A DNA stretch of 64,000 nt, from the NCBI GenBank assembly GCA_036560185.1, contig DATBRS010000135.1, positions 3,583-67,582 of the forward strand, given 5' to 3'. Each line of letters begins with the position of its first letter. The stretch's first letter is position 1. Of the stretch, positions 27,162-36,206 are shown in pieces. A program made the position numbers and the translations under genes. This DNA is from Myxococcota bacterium. Lineage in GTDB: Bacteria > Myxococcota_A > UBA9160 > UBA6930. The notes beneath the pieces were generated by a model. That model saw only the letters and a list, made by a program, of their open reading frames with translations. It was not told the origin of the DNA and did no database searches.

Positions 27162-28667
27162 TCAGCCGTAGACGAATTCCTTCCCATCGAGATCGATCGC
27201 GGGGATCTCCTTCTTCTCCGCCCAGTAGTCCTGCGTGTGCTGCCACTCTTTCTTGTCGCCGCGCTTCGGCAAGAGATGCATCGAGCGCATCAGGTAGCCC
27301 GGGTTGAAGTTGTCAGGGTCGATCCAGCCGAGCAGCGGCATGTCCTGGTCTTCGGGACGCAGCGCCACCGAGACTCGCTTCTGCCCTCTCGCCTGCATGT
27401 GATTCAGCAGCCGGCACACGAAGTCGGCGAGCAGGTCTGCGCGCAGCGTCCAGCTGGCGCGGAAGTATCCGAACACCCACAACAAGTTCGGAACGCCGGT
27501 GAACATCATGCCGCGGTAGGTGACCGTGTCGTGGAGGTCGAGCGGCTTGCCGTCGAGCGTGAAGGCGATGTCGCCGAGCACGCTGATGTCGAAGCCGGTG
27601 GCGGTGACGATGATGTCGGCCTCGAGCTCCCGGCCAGACTTCAGCATCACGCCTTTCGCGGTGAAGCGGTCGATCTCGTCGGTCACGACCGAGGCCTTGC
27701 CCGCGAGCATTCCCTTGAACAGGTCGCCGTCGGGCACGAAGGCGAGGCGCTGCTGCCACGGCCGGTACTTCGGCGTGAAGTGCGCGTTGACGGTCTCCTC
27801 GGGCAGGAACGCGCGCACGCCGGCGAGCAACTCCGCCTTCACGGCTTCGCCTTCCTCGCGCGCGCGCCGCGTGAACTCGTGCTGATCGTGGAGGATCTTC
27901 CGCCGCACGATCTCGTGGATCCAGGTCTCGTCGATCTCGAGCGTCCGCAACATGTCGGCCACTTCGTTCGCGTTCGGCGCGGGATGGAAGTAGGTCGGCG
28001 AGCGCTGCAGCACGGTCGTGTGCTTCGTGTCGGCCGCGATCGCGGGCACGACCGTCGCGGTCGTCGCGCCCGAGCCGATCACCAGCACGTTCTTGTTGCG
28101 GTAGTCGAGATCCTTCGGCCACGTCTGCGGGTGAACGATGCGACCCTTGAACAGCTCCATGTCCTTCCACTCGGGCGTGTAGCCGCGCGCGTGGCGGTAG
28201 TAGCCCTGACACATCCAGAGGAAGCTCGTGGTGAAGCGGAACGATTCACCGGTGTCGGTGCGCGTCGCCTCAACGCTCCACAGGCTCTCGCGGCTCGACC
28301 ACGTCGCCGCCGTGATCCGGTGGCGATACCGGATGTGCTTCGCGAGATCGTTCTCCGCGATCACCTCGCCCATGTATTTGCGGATCTCGCTCGCGGTGGC
28401 GATCGGCGCGCTCGTCCACGGCTTGAAGCGGTAGCCGAAGGTGTAGAGGTCGCTGTCGGAGCGGATGCCCGGGTACGTGTGCGTGAGCCAGGTTCCGCCG
28501 AAGCTCTCGAGCGCGTCGAGTACGACGAAGCGCTTGCCGGGGCATTGGTGCTGCAGGTGATACGCGCCGCCGATCCCGGAGATGCCGGCGCCCACGATCA
28601 GCACGTCGAAGTGCTCGGCGGGGCGAGGAGCGGGCACGGATTCCTGCGAGGCGTGGGCTGCGGACAT
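27162..28667 (-). CDS. Flavin-containing (Baeyer-Villiger type) monooxygenase
   Basis: Track ORF (501 aa). FAD fingerprint VLIVGAGISGIGGAY, FGGTW, BVMO fingerprint FKGRIVHPQTWP, and second Rossmann VLVIGSGATTATV. GAGAGGTGA lies before the ATG. Confidence 0.88.
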   Translation of the reverse strand: MSAAHASQESVPAPRPAEHFDVLIVGAGISGIGGAYHLQHQCPGKRFVVLDALESFGGTWLTHTYPGIRSDSDLYTFGYRFKPWTSAPIATASEIRKYMGEVIAENDLAKHIRYRHRITAATWSSRESLWSVEATRTDTGESFRFTTSFLWMCQGYYRHARGYTPEWKDMELFKGRIVHPQTWPKDLDYRNKNVLVIGSGATTATVVPAIAADTKHTTVLQRSPTYFHPAPNANEVADMLRTLEIDETWIHEIVRRKILHDQHEFTRRAREEGEAVKAELLAGVRAFLPEETVNAHFTPKYRPWQQRLAFVPDGDLFKGMLAGKASVVTDEIDRFTAKGVMLKSGRELEADIIVTATGFDISVLGDIAFTLDGKPLDLHDTVTYRGMMFTGVPNLLWVFGYFRASWTLRADLLADFVCRLLNHMQARGQKRVSVALRPEDQDMPLLGWIDPDNFNPGYLMRSMHLLPKRGDKKEWQHTQDYWAEKKEIPAIDLDGKEFVYG

Positions 28668-28867
28668 GGATCACCTCTCGTTCGTTCTCAGCTGGGCGGA
28701 GCCGTGCAAGCAGCATGCCCCGCGCGCCGCGGCTGCGGACGGGACGCGCGGGGCGCAGTGCAGCGCCGGCGTGCCACACCCTGAGGCCGCTTGCCTGAGC
28801 GGCGTCGCTTGCCCCGCGGCCCGCCCGCCTCCTAGCCTGCGCGCCCTTGCGCATCCCTGGAGGCGAC

Positions 28868-30319
28868 ATGGCCGTTCACGACTATCGAGTTCTCGACGCG
28901 CGCGACGTCCCGAAGTGGGACGACGAGCTGGACGTCGTGGTCGTGGGGCTCGGCTGTGCCGGCGCGAGCGCCGCGATCGAGGCGCGGCTCTCGGGCGCGA
29001 GCGTGCTCGTGCTCGAGCGCGCGAGCGGCGGCGGAGGTGTTACGGCGATGGCGGCCGGGCACGTGTACGCCGGCGGCGGCACGCGCGTGCAGCGCGCGGT
29101 GGGCGTCGCGGACAGCGTGGAGGACATGGAGAAGTACCTGATCGCCAACACGCCCGATCCCGACCGCGACAAGATCCACCTCTACTGCAGCGAGAGCGTC
29201 GCGCACTTCGACTGGCTCGTTGCGCAGGGCGTGCCGTTCAAGGATTCGATGTACAAGGGCAAGCACGTGCTGCAGATGACCGACGAGTGCTTGATCTGGA
29301 GCGGCAACGAGGAGGCCTGGCCGTATCGCGAGCAGGCGAAGCCGGCGCCGCGCGGGCACAAGGTGGCGCTCGAAGGGCACGCGGGCGGCGCGAAGATGAT
29401 GGAGATCCTGATCGAGCGCGCGCGCCAGCTCGGCGTGCGCAGCGAGATCGAGTGCTGGGTGCGCGAGCTCGTGCGCGACGGCGAGCGGATCGTGGGCGTG
29501 CGCTATCGCAACTTCGAGCGCGAGCGCACGGTGCGCGCGCGGCGCGGCGTCGTGCTCGCGACGGGGCACTTCACCAACAACTCGGAGATGCTCGCGACGT
29601 ACGCGCCGCACCTGCTCGATGCGCGCCTCGAGCGCCAGTACACGCCGAACGACGACGGCGCCGGCATCCTGCTCGGCCTCGCCGCCGGAGGCGAGGCGCT
29701 GCACATGGCGGGCGCCCTGATCACGTACCCGTTCTACCCGCCCGAGCAGCTGCTGAAGGGCATCCTCGTCAACAAGCTCGGCAAGCGCTTCGTGGCCGAG
29801 GACGTCTACCACTCGCGCTCGAGCATCGAGATCACGCTGCAGCCCGACGCCGAGGCGTACCTGATCGTCGACGAGGAATGCTTCGGCCGCCCCGAGTTCG
29901 GCGGCTGGGATGTCGTCGATGCCTGGGAGGATTTCGCGTCGATGGAGGCGGACCTCGGGATGCCGAGCGGCGCGCTGCAGAAGACGCTCGCGGAGTACAA
30001 CGCGAACGCCGCGAGAGGCGAAGACCCGGAGCTCCACAAGTACGCGAAGTGGCTGAAGCCGCTCGACAAGCCGCCCTTCGCGGCGCTGCGCGGCTCGCTC
30101 GGCAGCGGCGCCTTCCGCACCTTCACGCTCGGCGGCCTGCGCGTCTCGCGCGACGGCGAAGTGTTGCGGCAGAATGGTTCGAGGATTCTTGGCCTCTACG
30201 CCGCGGGCGCGTGCGCCTCGAACATCGCGCAGGACGGCAAGGGCTACTCCAGCGGCACCTGCATCGGCGAGAGCACGTTCTTCGGCCGGCGCGCGGGGAA
30301 GCACGCGGCGCAGAGCTAG
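28868..30319 (+). CDS. FAD-binding oxidoreductase (FAD_binding_2; KstD/fumarate-reductase flavoprotein-like)
   Basis: ATG 28868 lies 5 nt after GGAGG, inside track ORF 28847-30319. VVVVGLGCAGASAAIEA dinucleotide fold and C-terminal LYAAGACASN. Confidence 0.8.
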   Translation: MAVHDYRVLDARDVPKWDDELDVVVVGLGCAGASAAIEARLSGASVLVLERASGGGGVTAMAAGHVYAGGGTRVQRAVGVADSVEDMEKYLIANTPDPDRDKIHLYCSESVAHFDWLVAQGVPFKDSMYKGKHVLQMTDECLIWSGNEEAWPYREQAKPAPRGHKVALEGHAGGAKMMEILIERARQLGVRSEIECWVRELVRDGERIVGVRYRNFERERTVRARRGVVLATGHFTNNSEMLATYAPHLLDARLERQYTPNDDGAGILLGLAAGGEALHMAGALITYPFYPPEQLLKGILVNKLGKRFVAEDVYHSRSSIEITLQPDAEAYLIVDEECFGRPEFGGWDVVDAWEDFASMEADLGMPSGALQKTLAEYNANAARGEDPELHKYAKWLKPLDKPPFAALRGSLGSGAFRTFTLGGLRVSRDGEVLRQNGSRILGLYAAGACASNIAQDGKGYSSGTCIGESTFFGRRAGKHAAQS

Positions 30320-30329
30320 GAGATCTCGG

Positions 30330-30758
30330 ATGGCTCACGACGAAGGACTCGCGCAGCGCATCCGCGAGCTGCTCCAAGACGACCCGCGCATCAGCGAGAA
30401 GAAGATGTTCGGCGGGGTCGTGTTCTTCGCGAACGGCAAGATGGCGGCGGGCATTATCCGGGACGAGTTGATGGTGCGCGTCGGGCCGGACGTGCACGAC
30501 GAAGCGGCCTCGCTGCCGCACGCGCGCGCGATGGATTTCACGCGGCGCCCGATGCGCGGCTTCGTGCAGATCGCACCTGCCGGCTTCGAGGAAGACGCCG
30601 ACCTGCGCGCCTGGCTCGCGCGTGGAATCGCGTACGCCGAGGCGCCGAGTCGAAAGGCTCCGCGAGCGAAGGCGGCTGCGCGGAGCCCCGCCTCATCGAA
30701 AGCCGCGCCGGCCACGAAGCCGAAGCGGCGTTCTTCCGCCCCCGGCCCGCGACGGTGA
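30330..30758 (+). CDS. TfoX/Sxy N-terminal-domain protein with basic Ala/Lys/Pro-rich tail
   Basis: ATG 30330 follows AGGAG. LAQRIRELL...SEKKMFGGVVFFANGKMAAGI is the TfoX_N pattern. The tail reads APSRKAPRAKAAARSPASSKAAPATKPKRRSS. Confidence 0.7.
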   Translation: MAHDEGLAQRIRELLQDDPRISEKKMFGGVVFFANGKMAAGIIRDELMVRVGPDVHDEAASLPHARAMDFTRRPMRGFVQIAPAGFEEDADLRAWLARGIAYAEAPSRKAPRAKAAARSPASSKAAPATKPKRRSSAPGPRR

Positions 30759-30821
30759 ACGCGAGGACAGGCACGCCGAGGCCATAGCGCGCGACGGTTT
30801 CCCCGCCTGCACGCCGAACGC

Positions 30822-31484
30822 TCACCCCTTCAGCGGCTTCGAGCCGAGCTTCGTCTGCTCGCTGCGCGGCGTCGTCTCTTCCCAGAGCCGCGTGTAGGTG
30901 CTCTTCGCGATCCGCCATGCGCCATTCTGCCTGACGTATTCGTCGTGGTAGAGCGCGCTGCCCTGCAGCGTCCAGCCCTGTTCGAGGTTGATGAAGACGT
31001 CGTGCAGGTACCACGTACCGGTGGCGCGATCGCCGCTCACGGCGATCTCCGGCGTGTGCACGTTGTGCATGCCGAACTTCTGCGGCGTGAAGGCGCCCTG
31101 ATAGAACCTCGCGATCTCGGGCCAGCCCTTCACCGCGATCTCGTAGTCGCCGCCCTTGAAGTAGAGCTCGGTGTCCGGCGTGAACACGCTGTCCCGCAGG
31201 CACGGCAGATCCTTGGTGTCGACGCAGCGCATGTAGCGCGCCTTCAGCTGCTGGATGTCCTCGATCGCGATCAGGCGGTCGAGCGCGGCGTGCCGCGCCG
31301 CGTGCGCAGCATGCATGCCCGTTGGCTGCGCGTGCATCGGGCAGTCCATTTCGCTGCACATCTCGCTAGCGGGCTTTGCGCCGCTCGAGTGTCCCGCGCC
31401 GGCATGGGCGCCGCCGTGCTGCGCGCAGCCGAGCCCGGCGGCAGCGAGGAGCGCGAGCGCCGCGTAGGCGTTGCCGCGCCTCAC
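30822..31484 (-). CDS. Exported (possibly lipoprotein) NTF2/SnoaL-like protein with Met/His/Cys-rich linker
   Basis: GTG 31484 overlaps the upstream stop (GTGA). Signal VRRGNAYAALALLAAAGLGC. Linker HSSGAKPASEMCSEMDCPMHAQPTGMHAAHAARH. The C-terminal 150 aa are paralogous to 9925-10416. Confidence 0.65.
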   Translation of the reverse strand: MRRGNAYAALALLAAAGLGCAQHGGAHAGAGHSSGAKPASEMCSEMDCPMHAQPTGMHAAHAARHAALDRLIAIEDIQQLKARYMRCVDTKDLPCLRDSVFTPDTELYFKGGDYEIAVKGWPEIARFYQGAFTPQKFGMHNVHTPEIAVSGDRATGTWYLHDVFINLEQGWTLQGSALYHDEYVRQNGAWRIAKSTYTRLWEETTPRSEQTKLGSKPLKG

Positions 31485-31789
31485 TCCGCGCCGCCCTTCG
31501 TCTTCAGCTCGGATGCGTGCTGCGCGATGAACGCACGGATTTCGTCGGCCATGCCGAGGATGCGATCCCACTCCTCGCGGTAAAACGTGATCGGGAAGCG
31601 GCGCATTCCATACAGCGACACGCCGCCCTTCTCGCTGACGCGCAGGTGAGTTCCGCGCTTCTCCTTCGCCTTGAGCGCTTCGTTCTCCGCCTTCAGCCGG
31701 GCGAGCTCCGCCTTCAGATCGTCGTCGGATTGCGTCATTTGCACGGCCCCCATTTCGCGCGCGGAATGCGCTGCTGTGAATCGCTTCAT
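31481..31789 (-). CDS. Hypothetical small protein with N-terminal coiled coil
   Basis: Track ORF (102 aa; starts at 31753 or 31738 also possible). DDDLKAELARLKAENEALKAKEK, then VSEKGGVSLYGMRRFPITFYREEWDRILGMADEIRAFI. No family assignment that I can defend. Confidence 0.5.
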   Translation of the reverse strand: MKRFTAAHSAREMGAVQMTQSDDDLKAELARLKAENEALKAKEKRGTHLRVSEKGGVSLYGMRRFPITFYREEWDRILGMADEIRAFIAQHASELKTKGGAE

Positions 31790-31812
31790 AGCCCCCCACC
31801 TCGGCGCATTCC

Positions 31813-32787
31813 ATGTTGGCGACGCAAACCAAACGGGAGAGCGACGTGGCGATCAGCGACCTTCAGAAGAAATCCGCGCAGGCCATCGTCAACATCTTCG
31901 AGACGGGGCGTGCGCTCGGGGACTACGGCAGCGTGACGCTGCTGCCGGGCGACACCGGCCATCTCACGTATGGCCGTTCGCAGACGACGCTCGCCAGCGG
32001 CAACCTCGCGCTGCTGGTGAGCGCGTACGTCGGCGCGCCGGGCGCCGCGTTCGGCGGCCAGCTCGCGGCGTTCCTGCCGCGGCTCGCGGCGACGGACCTC
32101 TCGCTCGACGGCGACGCCGCCTTTCGCGCGCTGCTGCGCCGGGCGGGCGACGACCCGGTGATGCACGAGGCGCAGGACGGCTTCTTCGACCGCGTCTATT
32201 GGGCACCCGCCGCAGCCCGCGCGCAGTCGCTCGGGCTGAAGACCGCGCTGGGCGTGACGACGATCTACGACAGCACAGTGCACGGCAGCCTGAAGCGCAT
32301 CGTCGACGAGGTGCTCGCGACCGCAGGGAGCGTGGCGGCCGCCGGAGAAGAGAAGTGGGTGGCGCGCTTCGTCGAGGCGCGCGCGGCCTGGCTCGGCTCC
32401 CACGCGAATCCGTTGCTGCGCAAGACGACCTACCGGATGCAGGCGCTCGACGCGCTGATCCAAGCCAAGAAGTGGAGCCTTCCGCTGCCCCTCCGCGTGC
32501 GCGGCGTGACGATCGACGAGAGCGTGCTCGCCGGCGTGAGCGTGCGCGCATCGGCGGAGGGCGCCGGACGCATCCTTCGGCTCGCGCAGCCGCTGCTGCA
32601 AGGCGACGACGTGAAGGCGCTCCAGCGGGCGCTCAAGCGAGCGCTCGGCGCCCCCAAGCTCGACGCCGACGGCATCTTCGGTCCCGCCACGGAGCTCGCG
32701 TTGCTTCGCTACCAGCGCGACAACGGCCTGACCGTCGACGGCATCGCCGGCCCCGCGACCCGCTCGCGCCTGAAGCTCGACAGGTAG
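31813..32787 (+). CDS. GH46 (chitosanase/lysozyme-superfamily)-like domain fused to C-terminal peptidoglycan-binding domain (PG_binding_1)
   Basis: Track ORF (324 aa; alternative GTG 31846). AIVNIFETG...DTGHLTYG and FFDRVYW...YDSTVHG align with GH46 catalytic blocks. The C-terminus VKALQRAL...DGIFGPATELALLRYQRDNGLTVDGIAGPAT is a PG_binding_1 repeat. No signal peptide. Confidence 0.7.
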   Translation: MLATQTKRESDVAISDLQKKSAQAIVNIFETGRALGDYGSVTLLPGDTGHLTYGRSQTTLASGNLALLVSAYVGAPGAAFGGQLAAFLPRLAATDLSLDGDAAFRALLRRAGDDPVMHEAQDGFFDRVYWAPAAARAQSLGLKTALGVTTIYDSTVHGSLKRIVDEVLATAGSVAAAGEEKWVARFVEARAAWLGSHANPLLRKTTYRMQALDALIQAKKWSLPLPLRVRGVTIDESVLAGVSVRASAEGAGRILRLAQPLLQGDDVKALQRALKRALGAPKLDADGIFGPATELALLRYQRDNGLTVDGIAGPATRSRLKLDR

Positions 32788-32855
32788 CCGGGCGGCGAGG
32801 CGGCGCCCGGCGCGATCCGCTCCCAACGCCGCGCCGGCGTCGTACAATCGCCGGC

Positions 32856-34283
32856 ATGGACGACACCCTCTCCCTCTCGCTCACCGAGCTGATCGGGCGC
32901 CTGCGCCTGAAGAAGCTCTCGCCCGTCGAGCTGATGACGGCGGTGCTGGATCGCATCGCGGAGACGAACGGCGACCTGAACGCGTTCGTCGCGCTGCGAG
33001 AACGCGACGCGCTGCTCGCCGACGCGCGCGCGGCCGAGACCCGCATCCTGCGCGGCGAGGCGCGCGCGCTCGAGGGCATTCCTCTCGGCGTGAAAGATCT
33101 CGAGTACGCCGCGGGCTTGCCCAACACCCAGGGCAGCCTGCTCTACAAGGGCCGCATCGCCGAGCGCGACGAAGCGCAAGTCGCGCGGCTGAAGGCCGCG
33201 GGCGCGATCGTCGTCGGCAAGACGAACGCGCCGGAGTTCGGGCACACCGCCATCACGAAGAACCTCGTGTACGGCACCACGCGCTCGCCCTGGAATCTCG
33301 AGCACACGCCGGGTGGCTCCTCGGGCGGATCGGCCGCGGCGCTCGCCGGCTGCGTGATCCCGCTCGTGACCGCGAGCGACGGCGGCGGCTCGATCCGCAT
33401 CCCGGCGAGCTTCGTCGGCGCGTTCGGCCTGAAGACTTCTTACGGACGCATCCCGCACGACATGCTCGCGGCCTGGGAGACCGGCGACACCGCGGTCGCG
33501 GGCCCGCTCACGAAGAGCGTCGCCGACGCCGCGCTGCAGCTCGACGCGACTTGCGGGCCGCATCCGCTCGACCCCAACTCGCTGCCGCACCCGGGCATCT
33601 CCTACGTCGAGGCGCTCGCCGAGGAGCTGCCCGCCGGCACGCGCTTCGGCTTCTCGCCGGACCTCGGTCACGCCGTCGTGCAATCGGACATCGCGGCCGC
33701 GGTGGAGGACGCCGCGCACGCGTTCGAGAAGGCCGGGCATCGGCTGGTGCCGATCGCGGGCGGGCCGCCGCCGCTCGGCGCGGCTTGGGGAATGCTCGGC
33801 GCCTTCGCGCAGCTCTCGCAGCTCGCGAAGCACTTGCCGCAGGACGAGCACCTCTTCACGCGCGCCTTCCTCAACGGCATCAAGACCGGCGCGAAGATGA
33901 CGCCCGAGCGTTTCGGCGACATCAACCGCATGCGCAACGAGCTGAACGCGTGGTGCGCCGACGTCTTCTCGCGCGTGGACTTCCTAGTCACCCCGACCGT
34001 GCCCTACGACCCGCCGCCCGCGAAGGGGCCGTTCCCCGAGACCACCGAGGGCCGCAAGCAGCCGCCCGCCGGCGTCGCGTCGTTCACGATTCCGTTCAAC
34101 CTGTCGTGGCACCCCGCCGCGACGCTGCGCGCGGGGATCTCGAAGCGCGGCCTGCCGATCGGCCTACAGATCGTCGGCCCGCGCCATCGCGAGGACCTCG
34201 TGCTGCGCGCCGCGCTCGCCTTCGAGCGCGAGCGCCCGTGGCATCCGCAGTGGCCGGTCAGCTGGTCGCGCGATCTCACCTAG
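32856..34283 (+). CDS. Amidase (amidase-signature family; GatA-like)
   Basis: ATG 32856 inside track ORF 31671-34283. GIPLGVKDL and GGSSGGSAAALAG..ASDGGGSIRIPASF signature. Confidence 0.9.
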   Translation: MDDTLSLSLTELIGRLRLKKLSPVELMTAVLDRIAETNGDLNAFVALRERDALLADARAAETRILRGEARALEGIPLGVKDLEYAAGLPNTQGSLLYKGRIAERDEAQVARLKAAGAIVVGKTNAPEFGHTAITKNLVYGTTRSPWNLEHTPGGSSGGSAAALAGCVIPLVTASDGGGSIRIPASFVGAFGLKTSYGRIPHDMLAAWETGDTAVAGPLTKSVADAALQLDATCGPHPLDPNSLPHPGISYVEALAEELPAGTRFGFSPDLGHAVVQSDIAAAVEDAAHAFEKAGHRLVPIAGGPPPLGAAWGMLGAFAQLSQLAKHLPQDEHLFTRAFLNGIKTGAKMTPERFGDINRMRNELNAWCADVFSRVDFLVTPTVPYDPPPAKGPFPETTEGRKQPPAGVASFTIPFNLSWHPAATLRAGISKRGLPIGLQIVGPRHREDLVLRAALAFERERPWHPQWPVSWSRDLT

Positions 34284-34294
34284 TCTCAGTGCAA

Positions 34295-34489
34295 CGACCG
34301 AACGCAGCTCGAGTAGCCGCAAGCGTCCCGCGCCGGTCCACCGGCGCAGGACGCGCGCAGCGAGGCGAGGCCGAGCGAAGCCCAAACAAACCCGACCGAA
34401 ACGCAGCTCGAGTAGCCGCAAGCGTCCCGCGCCGGTCCACGGCGCAGGACGCGCGCAGCGAGGCGAAGCCGAGCGGAGCCCAACCAAAT
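34295..34489. repeat. Tandem direct repeat, 2 units of about 98 bp, each with an internal GC-rich hairpin; fills the amidase-osmC intergenic gap
   Basis: Unit 1 is 34295-34392 and unit 2 is 34393-34489. They differ by about 6 positions, including two 1-nt indels. Unit 1 hairpin: GCGTCCCGCGCCGG-TCCA-CCGGCGCAGGACGC (34323-34354). Confidence 0.9.
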
Positions 34490-34892
34490 GCGCATGGCCG
34501 TGACTTATCAGGGCGACCTGCACTGCGAGGCGCTGCACGAGCCCTCGGGCTCGCGCCTCGAGACGGATGCGCCCAAGGACAACGAGGGCAGGGGCGAGCG
34601 CTTCTCGCCGACCGACCTCGTGGGCGCGGCGCTCGGCAGCTGCATGCTGACGGTGATGGGCATCGTCGCGCGCCGGCACGCGTGGGACATGACGGGCGCG
34701 CGCGCGGAGGTCGAGAAAGACATGGTCGCGGCGCCGATCCGGCGCATCGCGCGCCTCGGCCTGCGCATCGCGATGCCCGCCGGCATCCCGGCGAGCGCGC
34801 GCGCGGTGCTCGAGCGCGCCGCCCACACTTGCCCCGTGCACCAGAGCCTCCACCCCGACGTGAAGATCGAGCTCCAGTTCGAGTGGAAGTGA
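34488..34892 (+). CDS. OsmC/Ohr family peroxiredoxin-like protein
   Basis: Track ORF (134 aa). SPTDLVGAALGSCMLTVMG and AAHTCPVHQSL carry the two conserved Cys contexts of the OsmC family. Confidence 0.88.
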   Translation: MRMAVTYQGDLHCEALHEPSGSRLETDAPKDNEGRGERFSPTDLVGAALGSCMLTVMGIVARRHAWDMTGARAEVEKDMVAAPIRRIARLGLRIAMPAGIPASARAVLERAAHTCPVHQSLHPDVKIELQFEWK

Positions 34893-34899
34893 GCGCGGG

Positions 34900-35292
34900 A
34901 TGATCGACCACCTGTCGACGTACGCGACCGACTACCTCGCGACGAAGCGCTTCTACGAGGCCGCCCTGGCACCGCTCAGCGCGCGCTTCCAGATCGAGAT
35001 GACGTCGACCTGGGATCCCGATTTTCCGACCGGCCGCTTCTGTGCCTTCGGGCCCGAGCGCCCGGTGTTCTGGGTGATCGAGGTGCGCCGGCCGGCGACG
35101 CCGCGCCACATCGCCTTCAGCGCGAGCACGCGCGCGCGCGTCGACGCCTTCTACCGCGCGGCGCTCGGCGCGGGCGGCCGCGACAACGGGGCGCCCGGCG
35201 TGCGCGCGATCTATCACGCGAACTACTACGGCGCGTTCGCGCTCGATCCCGATGGCAATAACGTCGAGGCCGTGTGTCACGCCCCGGAGTGA
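34900..35292 (+). CDS. VOC (glyoxalase/bleomycin-resistance) family protein
   Basis: Track ORF (130 aa). MIDHLSTYATDYLATKRFYEAAL...HIAFSA...DPDGNNVEAV. Confidence 0.85.
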   Translation: MIDHLSTYATDYLATKRFYEAALAPLSARFQIEMTSTWDPDFPTGRFCAFGPERPVFWVIEVRRPATPRHIAFSASTRARVDAFYRAALGAGGRDNGAPGVRAIYHANYYGAFALDPDGNNVEAVCHAPE

Positions 35293-36155
35293 CGCGTCCG
35301 CGCGAGCGGGTGCCGCGCGAGCGCGTCGCCGACGAGCTGCCGGAAGGCGTTCCGCTCGCGCTGCTGCACGACCTGCACCTGCTGACGCGCGAGGGCGATC
35401 TGAACGCCGACGCGCGCCGGAAGCTGAAGCAGATTCGGCACCTGATCGGGCTGCTCGCGCCCGCCTGCGACGACGTTTACCGCCGCCACGAGCAGCCCGT
35501 GCTGGTGGATTGCGGCGCGGGCAAGAGCTCCCTCGGCTTCCTGCTCTACGCGCTGCGCGTCGGACCCGCGGGCCGCGGGGCGCTCACCGCGATCGAGGCG
35601 CGCGCCGAGCTCGCCGCCGCCGCGCATGAGCGCGCCGCCCGCTACGGCTTCGAGCGCTTCGCCTGCGTCGCGAGCGAGATCGCGCAGGCCGCTGCGGCGC
35701 TGCCCGAGCGCGTGCACGTCGTGACCGCGCTGCACGCCTGCGACGTCGCGACCGACGACGCGCTCGCACTCGCGATCGCGCGCGGCGCCGACTACGTCGC
35801 CGTGGTGCCGTGCTGTCAGGCCGAGGTCGCCCGCCAGCTCGCGCGCGCGGAGCCCACGGACGCGGCGAGCGCGGCGCTGTTCGCGAACGCCTGGCACCGC
35901 CGCGAGTTCGGGGCGCACCTCACCAACGTGATTCGCACGCTCGCGCTCGAAGCCCACGGTTATCAGGTGACGGTGACCGAGCTGACGGGCTGGGAGCATT
36001 CGCTGAAGAACGAGCTGATCCTCGGCAAGCGCGTGCAGCGCTTCGACGCCCGGGCCCAGGCGCGCCTCGACGCGCTGCTGGCGCGCTTCGACGTGCGTCC
36101 CGCGCTGGTGCGCGCGCTCGAGGGTCGCGGCCCCGAGGAGCGGAATCCGCTCTAG
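35289..36155 (+). CDS. SAM-dependent methyltransferase (Methyltransf_32-like)
   Basis: GTG 35289 overlaps the VOC stop (GTGA); the alternative start is ATG 35274. Motif I VLVDCGAGKSSLGF and ALHACDVATDDAL...VVPCCQ. Confidence 0.75.
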   Translation: MTRPRERVPRERVADELPEGVPLALLHDLHLLTREGDLNADARRKLKQIRHLIGLLAPACDDVYRRHEQPVLVDCGAGKSSLGFLLYALRVGPAGRGALTAIEARAELAAAAHERAARYGFERFACVASEIAQAAAALPERVHVVTALHACDVATDDALALAIARGADYVAVVPCCQAEVARQLARAEPTDAASAALFANAWHRREFGAHLTNVIRTLALEAHGYQVTVTELTGWEHSLKNELILGKRVQRFDARAQARLDALLARFDVRPALVRALEGRGPEERNPL

Positions 36156-36206
36156 CGGTGCCAGCGCCGCTGGCGGGGGCTCGCGAAGCGTGGCATCGAC
36201 AGGCGG

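Noticed and set aside
34295-34489. Possible CRISPR array
   Set aside because: There are only two units, directly adjacent with no spacers. The unit length of about 98 bp is far above CRISPR repeat size, and there are no cas genes.
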